A stretch of 39,335 bases of DNA, taken from IMG/VR virus record IMGVR_UViG_3300045988_134081, one strand, 5' to 3'. The notes under the pieces are model-generated. The model was not told where the DNA came from and searched no databases. It worked only from the letters and a program-made list of their open reading frames with translations. The DNA is from a virus. Shown in pieces: positions 25,647 to 32,156 of this stretch (the first letter of the stretch is position 1; each line of letters opens with the position of its first letter). Both the position numbers and the translations under genes were made by a program.

Positions 25647-25883
25647 TCAAATAACCGATACTCCGACACACTCAAAGCCCTGTGTCAGATTTTCCGCTTT
25701 GAGCCTCTCAATTTCGGCTTTGAGTTCGTTGTTCTCTGCCTTGAGTCGGTCAATAATTCCGAGCTGGATGGCTTCAACATTTTCTGAGTCATCAATTCTT
25801 TCATTAAGTCTGTTGATGTCTTGTTCCTGCTTAGCACAATTAGCTTTGTACTCACCCTTGCTCTTCCAATTTCTGAAAATCAT
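25647..25883 (-). CDS. Small coiled-coil protein.
   Basis: 78 aa with the repeat RLKAENNELKAEIERLKAEN. Confidence 0.6.
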   Translation of the reverse strand: MIFRNWKSKGEYKANCAKQEQDINRLNERIDDSENVEAIQLGIIDRLKAENNELKAEIERLKAENLTQGFECVGVSVI

Positions 25884-25886
25884 TTT

Positions 25887-26174
25887 TTACTCCTTATAGC
25901 TTGCACAAATATAATCCTCTGCTGTTTCTTCAATTTCGATATGCCCTTTATCTGCGAGACTTTCTTCAATCAGTTTCAAATCAAACGGCAAAGGCAAATT
26001 GTTCTTTTCACAAAGTTCATTAAAGCCATTGAAAGCTCTAACAATTCTGTCTCTTAAATATCTGACATCGTTATGTGCGTCAATAAGTTCAATTTTTGTT
26101 GAAGCTAATCTTACTTGCACATCTTCAAGCTGTCTCTTGCAACGCTTGTATTTCTTTCTTGATACAAAAATCAT
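25887..26174 (-). CDS. Hypothetical early protein.
   Basis: 95-aa ORF with a 4-nt overlap with the upstream gene. Confidence 0.6.
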   Translation of the reverse strand: MIFVSRKKYKRCKRQLEDVQVRLASTKIELIDAHNDVRYLRDRIVRAFNGFNELCEKNNLPLPFDLKLIEESLADKGHIEIEETAEDYICASYKE

Positions 26175-26881
26175 TTTTCGACACCCTCCTTTACAATTTT
26201 TTTGGCTCTCACGCCATAATGTTTGCTCATTGACTCAAGCTCACCTTTTGCGTTACCGTCTTTGACCGGCAACTGCTGTCTTGCCTTTGTAGGATAGTCA
26301 TCGCCTGTCAATTGTTCCCACATCTCTCTGCGGTTGTCTTTAAGGCAAGTGTTGAGATATGACATAACAACCTGCTCAAACGGCACTTTACTGCCGAACC
26401 TGTCAATAAGCTCATCAACAATCTTGCTCATATGCCGTCTTGCGTAATCTTTCGGCTTCTTGTATGCTCTGACCGAGTTCCACAGCTTGATATGTACATT
26501 CTCATGTGTCAGTTCATCAATTGCCTTTGCCTGCAACTCGCACAGCTTAACGAGGTCAACCTCATCTTTGCCGTATTCCTTGCAGACTTCCGAAAGCGTT
26601 ACACTTGCACTCCTCACCGAGTCGATCTGCTGTTCCTGTTGTACCAGCAAATGTTCCGTCTTGAGCTTCAGTTCACGATACTCCTGAAAGAATTTTAATT
26701 TATATGCGGCAGTGTATTTTTCACTGAGCAAACCAACCTTGCACATAGAATAGGCATTAGCAAGTTCCAGTACTAATAACCTATCAAATAGCTTCAATGA
26801 TACAACTTCAAGATGATTGACCTCTCCGTCAATCCACCTTTTCGCCATGTCATTGAGTTCGTCAAGTGCTTTGTCATTCAT
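26171..26881 (-). CDS. Hypothetical early protein.
   Basis: 236-aa ORF, translationally coupled on both sides. No motif recognised. Confidence 0.7.
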   Translation of the reverse strand: MNDKALDELNDMAKRWIDGEVNHLEVVSLKLFDRLLVLELANAYSMCKVGLLSEKYTAAYKLKFFQEYRELKLKTEHLLVQQEQQIDSVRSASVTLSEVCKEYGKDEVDLVKLCELQAKAIDELTHENVHIKLWNSVRAYKKPKDYARRHMSKIVDELIDRFGSKVPFEQVVMSYLNTCLKDNRREMWEQLTGDDYPTKARQQLPVKDGNAKGELESMSKHYGVRAKKIVKEGVEK

Positions 26882-27129
26882 TCATCACACACCACCCTTA
26901 CCTTGAAAAGGTTCTGAATAGGTATGCCAAATTTGTTGGCAAGCCTCGACAGCTCTTCCACCGTAAAAGTACCCGGATCTTTAATTCTTTTCCTGTAGGT
27001 GCCCTCAGAGCAATGTGCCACAAGAGCCTGTCCTTCACGGTCAATACTTCTGATTTCTGCCTCATACTGTATATTGGCAATCAACTGCCTTTTCATTTGG
27101 TCCTCTGGCTTAGCTAATTTTCTCGGCAT
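26878..27129 (-). CDS. Small putative DNA-binding (HTH-like) protein; start re-assigned to the ATG at 27129.
   Basis: GGGTGAG lies 4 nt upstream of the ATG at 27129. The C-terminal FTVEELSRLANKFGIPIQNLF is HTH-like. Confidence 0.55.
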   Translation of the reverse strand: MPRKLAKPEDQMKRQLIANIQYEAEIRSIDREGQALVAHCSEGTYRKRIKDPGTFTVEELSRLANKFGIPIQNLFKVRVVCDE

Positions 27130-27178
27130 TCTTCTCACCCTTTCGTTATTTAGTCCTGTAATCTGATATCGACTTTTG

Positions 27179-27373
27179 CTAGTCGCTTTCATAAACTTCC
27201 GAAAAAATTTCACTCAGATGATATGCAGGCATCAGATTTATCCTTTTTGGACAATTCTCTTCTGGATCTGCAACACCTTCTTCAATTTCGAGCAAGACTT
27301 TTTCTGCGCCGTCCTTTTTAAGTTCGTTAAGCTGATTGATTAGGTCATCAATCCTTACTGTAATTCGGTTCAT
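27179..27373 (-). CDS. Small acidic hypothetical protein.
   Basis: 64-aa ORF with a 4-nt overlap with the GIY-YIG gene stop. Confidence 0.55.
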   Translation of the reverse strand: MNRITVRIDDLINQLNELKKDGAEKVLLEIEEGVADPEENCPKRINLMPAYHLSEIFSEVYESD

Positions 27374-28221
27374 TTTCTCTCCTCAAGCACACAGCGAAAA
27401 TCCTTATCTGCATCAAGGTCAATATTAGCTAAGCTCATATTTGCGGTACACATAATATTAAGAGATTTTTCAGGATTATCCCTATAAAATTTCTGAATCC
27501 AATATTTTTCCCGTTCCAGTATATTACAACCAAGAGGAACAATTTCAATGACCTCAAATTGATAATCTGTGATATTCTCTATTGGGAATCTTTCGGTTTT
27601 GAGATGTTGCCCCCAGCGAAAAACAGGAGCATACATTGTTTGTCCTATGTAAAATTCACCAGTTGATTTTTTGGATATTTTATATATGTATCCTGATACT
27701 TTCTCCGAAAACATATCTTTGGTGATATAAAATTCTTCATCATCGTTAGGTCTTATCTTGTTACGTTCTCTGCTCTCATATACTTGCTTACACTTATGGG
27801 AACAAAAGCGTTTTTCAGCATAATCTTCAATTCCGTAAAAATAGTTTCTAACTTCATAATCAGAAAAATGTATCGGTTTTCCATAGTATGTTTCAACGGT
27901 CGCACCACAACAGTCGCAAGTAAAAGTTACCTTATTAAAGTATTTTTCGGTTGAATAGCAATGCTCACCAATAATCACGCAGTACAAATCACCAGGACGA
28001 AGTTTTCTGGAGTAGCGAAATGAAATACCATTTCCATATTCGTCTTTTATGATTTTTTTGAACTCTTCTCGACTTTCACAAATAAGGCAATCCATAACAA
28101 GTTCATTGTTTTGAGATTTACTTATTGATGAGTAAAGGTCAAATTCAAAATCTTTCTCTGCATTTTTCTTGGCTGTTTTTTCATCTGCGACTTCATAAAT
28201 TCGATAAACAATTTCTACCAA
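27370..28221 (-). CDS. GIY-YIG nuclease-domain protein with an N-terminal Cys4 zinc-ribbon-like region (TTG start).
   Basis: The C-terminal GYIYKI...FYIGQT...RWGQH...EREKYWI matches GIY-YIG motif order. The central region has CDCC...CSHKC. The TTG start at 28221 sits at the same position as the ATG of the homologous leader at 28997. Confidence 0.75.
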   Translation of the reverse strand: MVEIVYRIYEVADEKTAKKNAEKDFEFDLYSSISKSQNNELVMDCLICESREEFKKIIKDEYGNGISFRYSRKLRPGDLYCVIIGEHCYSTEKYFNKVTFTCDCCGATVETYYGKPIHFSDYEVRNYFYGIEDYAEKRFCSHKCKQVYESRERNKIRPNDDEEFYITKDMFSEKVSGYIYKISKKSTGEFYIGQTMYAPVFRWGQHLKTERFPIENITDYQFEVIEIVPLGCNILEREKYWIQKFYRDNPEKSLNIMCTANMSLANIDLDADKDFRCVLEERK

Positions 28222-28230
28222 TAACTCTCA

Positions 28231-28266
28231 CCCCCTTGCAGTTATTTCCCTGTAATGTGGTATCGG
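28231..28266 (-). repeat. Conserved 5-prime leader element, copy a (36 nt), upstream of the GIY-YIG gene.
   Basis: 35/36 identical to 29006-29041. The 18-nt core CCGATACCACATTACAGG (gene orientation) is also found at 32129-32146. Confidence 0.9.
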
Positions 28267-28278
28267 GTTTGACCGTTA

Positions 28279-28287
28279 TGTTATAAT
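28279..28287 (+). promoter_or_regulatory. Extended -10 promoter (TGtTATAAT) for the plus-strand gene 28310..28687.
   Basis: TGTTATAAT lies 23 nt upstream of the ATG. No canonical -35 element. Confidence 0.45.
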
Positions 28288-28309
28288 CAAACCGAAAGGT
28301 GGTTTAATT

Positions 28310-28687
28310 ATGGTAGTTTATCAATTTGACAAACCGACAGAAACAATATTCAGATATGTATGCGAAAATCCTAAAGCAAACCTCATAATGCTTGAATGTC
28401 TGCATAATGATTATTACAATCCTAAAAAGTCAAAAGCTAACGATAATCCTAAACTCTATGGTGACTATGCTAAGTCCTGTACAGATTATCTCGTTGACTG
28501 CGGATTGATTTTTTCAAAAAAAGAAGGTATCTACACATTCTTTTTTCCGTCTGCCAAAGGTATTGCATACGCAAAGTTCAGAAGAAGAAATTGGATTTTA
28601 CAATATTTGCCTTACTTTATATCTTCTGTGTCCTTTGTTATGTCTGTTATAACTTTTATTCTGTCTGTTCTTGCATTGATTAAATAA
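28310..28687 (+). CDS. Opposite-strand moron-like gene: small protein with a C-terminal TM anchor.
   Basis: 125 aa with RBS AAAGGTGG 7 nt upstream and a C-terminal hydrophobic helix (YLPYFISSVSFVMSVITFILSVLALI). It has its own promoter-like and terminator-like signals. Confidence 0.7.
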   Translation: MVVYQFDKPTETIFRYVCENPKANLIMLECLHNDYYNPKKSKANDNPKLYGDYAKSCTDYLVDCGLIFSKKEGIYTFFFPSAKGIAYAKFRRRNWILQYLPYFISSVSFVMSVITFILSVLALIK

Positions 28688-28695
28688 TCCGATTC

Positions 28696-28725
28696 AGCCT
28701 TCCGTTTTCGGGAGGCTATTCTTTT
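28696..28725 (+). terminator. Intrinsic terminator between convergent genes.
   Basis: AGCCTTCCG-TTTT-CGGGAGGCT (one G-U pair) followed by ATTCTTTT. Confidence 0.55.
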
Positions 28726-28997
28726 GGGTCATACTCAAAGACATAAATCATTCTGCCGTTATCTCTTTTGATATTCTCTTCAAAGTCTGCCACAAACTTT
28801 TTAAACATTATGATAAAGGCATGTGCTTCTTCGGGACCTTCAAAATTTCCGATCAGTAATCTCATGCGTCCGTTTGTGTATAAGTGTTCAGGATATTTTT
28901 TCTCTGCTTTTTCGGTATAGTCAAGCGAACACAAAACATCCCATGTGGCTGTCTTGGCAATGTTGTATATCTCCTTACGCTTTTTTAACTTAAACAT
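28716..28997 (-). CDS. Hypothetical early protein; start re-assigned to the ATG at 28997 (93 aa).
   Basis: GGGGGGGAGAG RBS directly upstream of the ATG at 28997. The 22 extra codons in the track translate the conserved leader repeat. Confidence 0.65.
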   Translation of the reverse strand: MFKLKKRKEIYNIAKTATWDVLCSLDYTEKAEKKYPEHLYTNGRMRLLIGNFEGPEEAHAFIIMFKKFVADFEENIKRDNGRMIYVFEYDPKE

Positions 28998-29005
28998 TTC
29001 TCTCC

Positions 29006-29041
29006 CCCCCTTGCAGTTATTTTCCTGTAATGTGGTATCGG
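29006..29041 (-). repeat. Conserved 5-prime leader element, copy b (36 nt).
   Basis: 35/36 identical to 28231-28266. It fills the gap between the cro-like stop (29045) and the next start (28997). Confidence 0.9.
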
Positions 29042-29044
29042 TTC

Positions 29045-29263
29045 TTATGCGGTTTTCTGACAATAAAACAGTTGTGGGTTAATCTCTAAATCAAGTAAAG
29101 CACAAAGAGTAATCATTTCATCAGCTAACATATTACTCTTACCTGATAAGATTCTAGATAACCTGTCCTGTGTTATGTTCATCTTCTCAGCAATGTACTT
29201 CTGCTTAATTCCTAACTCGTAAATTCGTTCGTTAAAAATGTCGAGAATGTTATGTCTTATCAT
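29045..29263 (-). CDS. Cro-like XRE-family HTH regulator (first gene of the early operon).
   Basis: 72 aa with IKQKYIAEKMNITQDRLSRILSG, an HTH_XRE pattern. It is divergent from the CI-like gene. Confidence 0.75.
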   Translation of the reverse strand: MIRHNILDIFNERIYELGIKQKYIAEKMNITQDRLSRILSGKSNMLADEMITLCALLDLEINPQLFYCQKTA

Positions 29264-29288
29264 TTATGTCACCGCCTTTCTTAATTTC

Positions 29289-29383
29289 AAGATTGTAACT
29301 ATAATATACTCTTAACTCTTAAGATTGTCAAGCATTTTTTAAAATAATTTTCTTAGAAATTAATAATTGTGTCTTGACAATCT
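29289..29383. promoter_or_regulatory. Operator set of the genetic switch: three copies of the motif T[GT]ACAATCT.
   Basis: aagattgtaac at 29289-29299 and aagattgtcaag at 29321-29332 are in the same orientation. cttgacaatct at 29373-29383 is inverted. Two copies overlap the -35 hexamers of the divergent promoters and one lies just downstream of the lytic -10. Confidence 0.55.
29303..29331 (-). promoter_or_regulatory. Early (lytic) promoter: TTGACA-17 nt-TATATT.
   Basis: -35 TTGACA (29331-29326) and -10 TATATT (29308-29303) on the minus strand, upstream of the cro-like gene. Confidence 0.6.
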
Positions 29384-29402
29384 CGACATCTGAAAATATA
29401 AC
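29374..29402 (+). promoter_or_regulatory. Repressor (lysogenic) promoter: TTGACA-17 nt-TATAAC.
   Basis: -35 at 29374-29379 and -10 at 29397-29402. AAGGAG lies 8 nt before the ATG at 29440. Confidence 0.6.
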
Positions 29403-29439
29403 ATATTTGTAATGATAATTCAGATAAGGAGATAAACCA

Positions 29440-29895
29440 ATGTCAAGAGAATATATTGCCTCAGTCTTAAAAAGATTGAGAGCGGAACAAGGTATGACCG
29501 CTGATGAAGTCGGTGAAATCATTGGAAAGAGTGGAAAGACCGTGAGCGGTTGGGAAAATGCCAGAAGTCAACCTGATGCCGATTTACTTCTAAAGTTGTG
29601 TGAAATCTATAAGGTTGAAAATATCTTAGATACATTTTCCGAAATTAAGAGGAATGTCAAACCAATAGAAAGCAAAGATGATACACAAAAGCTATTGCAT
29701 AATTACCATTTGCTTAATGATAGTGGAAAAGAAAAATTGCTTGAATATTCAGATGATTTGATTTGTAGCGGTAATTACAATAAAGTTTACAAAATAAAAA
29801 CCGCCGCCCGAGACGGAAGTTATAAGGAAACAACCGTGACAGACGACGATCTGCAAAAACTTATGGATTTACCTGATGTTGATGATTTAAAATAA
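29440..29895 (+). CDS. CI-like XRE-family repressor.
   Basis: 151 aa with N-terminal HTH_XRE (LKRLRAEQGMTADEVGEIIGKSGKTVSGWENARSQPD) and a C-terminal oligomerisation-type extension. Confidence 0.8.
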   Translation: MSREYIASVLKRLRAEQGMTADEVGEIIGKSGKTVSGWENARSQPDADLLLKLCEIYKVENILDTFSEIKRNVKPIESKDDTQKLLHNYHLLNDSGKEKLLEYSDDLICSGNYNKVYKIKTAARDGSYKETTVTDDDLQKLMDLPDVDDLK

Positions 29896-30430
29896 ATTCT
29901 TGAAATTGATTGAAAACTTCCCGTTCAAGCGGAGCAACTAAAAACTTGTTCCGCTTGTAGAGTTCCTGCATTCGTTGCCAGCGGTATTCCGCTGCTGTTA
30001 GACTTATGTCACATATCTGAGCTATTTCATCAGCACTTTTGACCTTTAATCCCCATAGTACACACGCAGGTGCAAGTAGCCTGCTTGCGAAAACATTCGT
30101 TTCCTGCTCAATTGGGTTGTCAGTTGGTGAGATTTCTCGGTTGACAAGCTCATACTTTCCGACATGACCGAGTAGTATATGGCCAAGCTCGTGCGCAATG
30201 GTAAAGCGTTTCCGCTGTCTGCTACATTCTTGCCGTACAAGTATTATAGGTTGTTTGTTTATGACCGTACATTTACCGTCATTGCCTTGCTCCAACTTAT
30301 CATAATACTTAACAGCGATGCCAAGCTTGTGACACAACTCAACAATGTTTACCGGAAGTTCCTTTATATTTTCCTTTACAAGGATTTCCCATGACATATT
30401 TCTTGATTTTTGGTACTGTTTGTAATCCAT
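29861..30430 (-). CDS. immA: ImmA/IrrE-family zinc metalloprotease (putative anti-repressor protease).
   Basis: HELGHILLGH motif, 189 aa. It lies adjacent to the XRE repressor but is convergent with it, with a 35-nt 3-prime overlap. Confidence 0.82.
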   Translation of the reverse strand: MDYKQYQKSRNMSWEILVKENIKELPVNIVELCHKLGIAVKYYDKLEQGNDGKCTVINKQPIILVRQECSRQRKRFTIAHELGHILLGHVGKYELVNREISPTDNPIEQETNVFASRLLAPACVLWGLKVKSADEIAQICDISLTAAEYRWQRMQELYKRNKFLVAPLEREVFNQFQEFILNHQHQVNP

Positions 30431-30465
30431 AATAAAATCACCTCATACATATTATGGATTACAAA
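30419..30465 (-). promoter_or_regulatory. 16-bp perfect stem-loop enclosing the immA RBS (loop) and start codon (3-prime arm).
   Basis: 30419-30434 is the exact reverse complement of 30450-30465. The loop on the minus strand reads TGTATGAGGTGATTT. The 3-prime arm ATTATGGATTACAAA contains the ATG and codons 2-4 of immA. Confidence 0.6.
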
Positions 30466-30476
30466 ATCGAATATAT

Positions 30477-30510
30477 AAAAAAACCGCCTGTTGTTCGCAC
30501 CAACAGACGG
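30477..30510 (-). terminator. Intrinsic terminator located upstream of immA (leader terminator, or the end of a small RNA).
   Basis: Minus strand reads CCGTCTGTTG-GTGCGAA-CAACAGGCGG (one mismatch) followed by TTTTTTT. Confidence 0.6.
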
Positions 30511-30556
30511 CTTATAAAAAATAGGGATGAGAGATAAATTAAATATCCTCAATGTT

Positions 30557-30586
30557 ATTTTATATCAATTGACATATATTTGTCAA
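30557..30586 (-). promoter_or_regulatory. Sigma-A-type promoter on the minus strand: TTGACA-16/18 nt-TATAAA/TAAAAT.
   Basis: -35 at 30586-30581 and -10 within 30564-30557. It would start a transcript ~40 nt before the terminator hairpin. Confidence 0.5.
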
Positions 30587-30602
30587 TAAAATGAGGATGT
30601 TT

Positions 30603-32054
30603 ATGGACAAAGAATTATTTTTACCCTTAGCTTTTTTAGGTGTCGTGCTACTTATTATAGTTATAATTTTAGTGAAGGTATTGGCAACTAAAATTAAAAG
30701 CACATATATTAGAAGAAAATACAAACTTTCTAATGAACAAATATATGGTCAAGACAAAGCTACTGAAAAATTGATTGCTCTTCAAAATTCAGTTGACGAA
30801 TTGTATAAAAAAATAGATAAGCGATATGAGCAGTTTTTGCCAAATCTTTATGATGTAAATTCATTAAGTGAGACCAATATTAAACTTTTAAAGATTGAAA
30901 AAAGCATTAAATATCTCAGTTCTCGCTTGGACGATAAGACCAATTTAGAGTATGAAAAATTGAAAAGAAAGTATGCTCAGGTTGATGAACTAATAAAATC
31001 TATCAATCCATCCGGAAACCGTGCCAGCAAAATACTATCAGATATTATAAGCGATGCTGACTATGTTAAACAAATTATACTACTAAAAAATAAAATTTCC
31101 TTTTTGGAATCTGCACAATCAAATTTGACAGCAATTCCGTATATGACCAAAATAGTAGCTGATTATGAAACTTACGGACTTGAACATTTAGCTAAAGAAC
31201 TTGACTGGGGATATAATCAACAACGGATGAAAAAAGTTAAATCCATTCGTGATATTCGTCACGACGCAAAAGCTATGGTTGAAAAAAATAAAGAAGCGTT
31301 ATACCAATTATCGTACCTACTCAATCTATTTCCCTCGTTACAAGATGTTATTGAAACGGATTATAATGATTTGCCGATTATAGATGTCAATGAATTACCC
31401 GATTATGATCCAACTCGTGACTATTTGTCTAAAGAAGAATATAACAGTTTATCTACCGTGGAAAGAAATCAATTGGCTTTAGACCGTTATAAAGCATCTC
31501 ATAAAAAATCAAAATGGCAAATTGGTCGTGATTATGAATTGTATATTGGATATAGATATTCACAGTCAGGATACTCTGTTGATTATTTCGGTTCATATAT
31601 GGGATTAGAGGATTTAGGTCGTGATTTGATATGTAAAAAAGGTAATAAAGTTTTGATAGTTCAATGTAAATATTGGAGTTCAAAAAAAGAAATACATGAA
31701 AAACATATAACTCAACTATATGGTACTATGGCAAGTTATTGCATTGAGCACAATTGCCCTAAAGAAAATGTTAAGGGAGTTTTAATAACAAATATTCAAC
31801 TATCTCCTATGGCTAAGAAAATGGCAAAATACTTAGGTATAAAATTCAGAGAAAATATTGAAGTTGATGATTACCCATGTATAAAATGTAATATTGGTCG
31901 TGATATGTATGGTGAAACAAAAATATATCATTTGCCTTTCGACCAACAATATGATTCTACTAAAATCAGCAAGAAAGGGGAATTCTACGCAATGACGGTG
32001 GCTGAAGCAGAAGAAGCAGGATTTAGACGAGCCTTTAAATGGTTTGGTAATTAA
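30603..32054 (+). CDS. Membrane-anchored, coiled-coil, Mrr-type (PD-(D/E)xK) restriction-endonuclease-domain protein with a C-terminal small DNA-binding-like module.
   Basis: TM helix LPLAFLGVVLLIIVIILVKVL, then ~250 aa predicted coiled coil. Mrr_cat-like GRDYELYIGYRYSQSGYSV...EDLGRDLICKKGNKVLIVQCKYW. C-terminal KIYHLPFDQQYDSTKI...GEFYAMTVAEAEEAGFRRA. Start set at the third ATG (30603), which has GAGGA 5 nt upstream; the track start is 30591. Confidence 0.75.
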   Translation: MDKELFLPLAFLGVVLLIIVIILVKVLATKIKSTYIRRKYKLSNEQIYGQDKATEKLIALQNSVDELYKKIDKRYEQFLPNLYDVNSLSETNIKLLKIEKSIKYLSSRLDDKTNLEYEKLKRKYAQVDELIKSINPSGNRASKILSDIISDADYVKQIILLKNKISFLESAQSNLTAIPYMTKIVADYETYGLEHLAKELDWGYNQQRMKKVKSIRDIRHDAKAMVEKNKEALYQLSYLLNLFPSLQDVIETDYNDLPIIDVNELPDYDPTRDYLSKEEYNSLSTVERNQLALDRYKASHKKSKWQIGRDYELYIGYRYSQSGYSVDYFGSYMGLEDLGRDLICKKGNKVLIVQCKYWSSKKEIHEKHITQLYGTMASYCIEHNCPKENVKGVLITNIQLSPMAKKMAKYLGIKFRENIEVDDYPCIKCNIGRDMYGETKIYHLPFDQQYDSTKISKKGEFYAMTVAEAEEAGFRRAFKWFGN

Positions 32055-32128
32055 AAAATCCCCGTACTGCTGGAACAGTACGAGGAAAATTGAAAGGGTG
32101 TCGGCATTTTTACTTGGTGGAACAAGAG

Positions 32129-32146
32129 CCGATACCACATTACAGG
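32129..32146 (+). repeat. Conserved leader element, copy c (18-nt core), 10 nt upstream of the integrase ATG.
   Basis: CCGATACCACATTACAGG is the exact reverse complement of 28249-28266 and 29024-29041, so it has the same orientation relative to its downstream gene. Confidence 0.9.
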
Positions 32147-32156
32147 AGATGATATT

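Noticed and set aside
30569-30586. The palindrome TTGACA-TATATT-TGTCAA as a repressor operator or as the promoter of the nuclease gene.
   Set aside because: The right half is explained as the -35 of the minus-strand promoter. The left TTGACA has no -10 element at 16-18 nt on the plus strand. An operator role remains possible but is unsupported.
32063-32082. The hairpin CGTACTG-N6-CAGTACG after the nuclease gene as an intrinsic terminator.
   Set aside because: The stem is only 7 bp and is followed by AGGAAAATTG rather than a T-tract, so the nuclease gene and int may be co-transcribed.
31453-32138. Minus-strand ORFs 31453..31683 and 31833..32138.
   Set aside because: They are antisense to the Mrr-type nuclease gene or span its 3-prime flank. 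They have an unnatural composition and no RBS.
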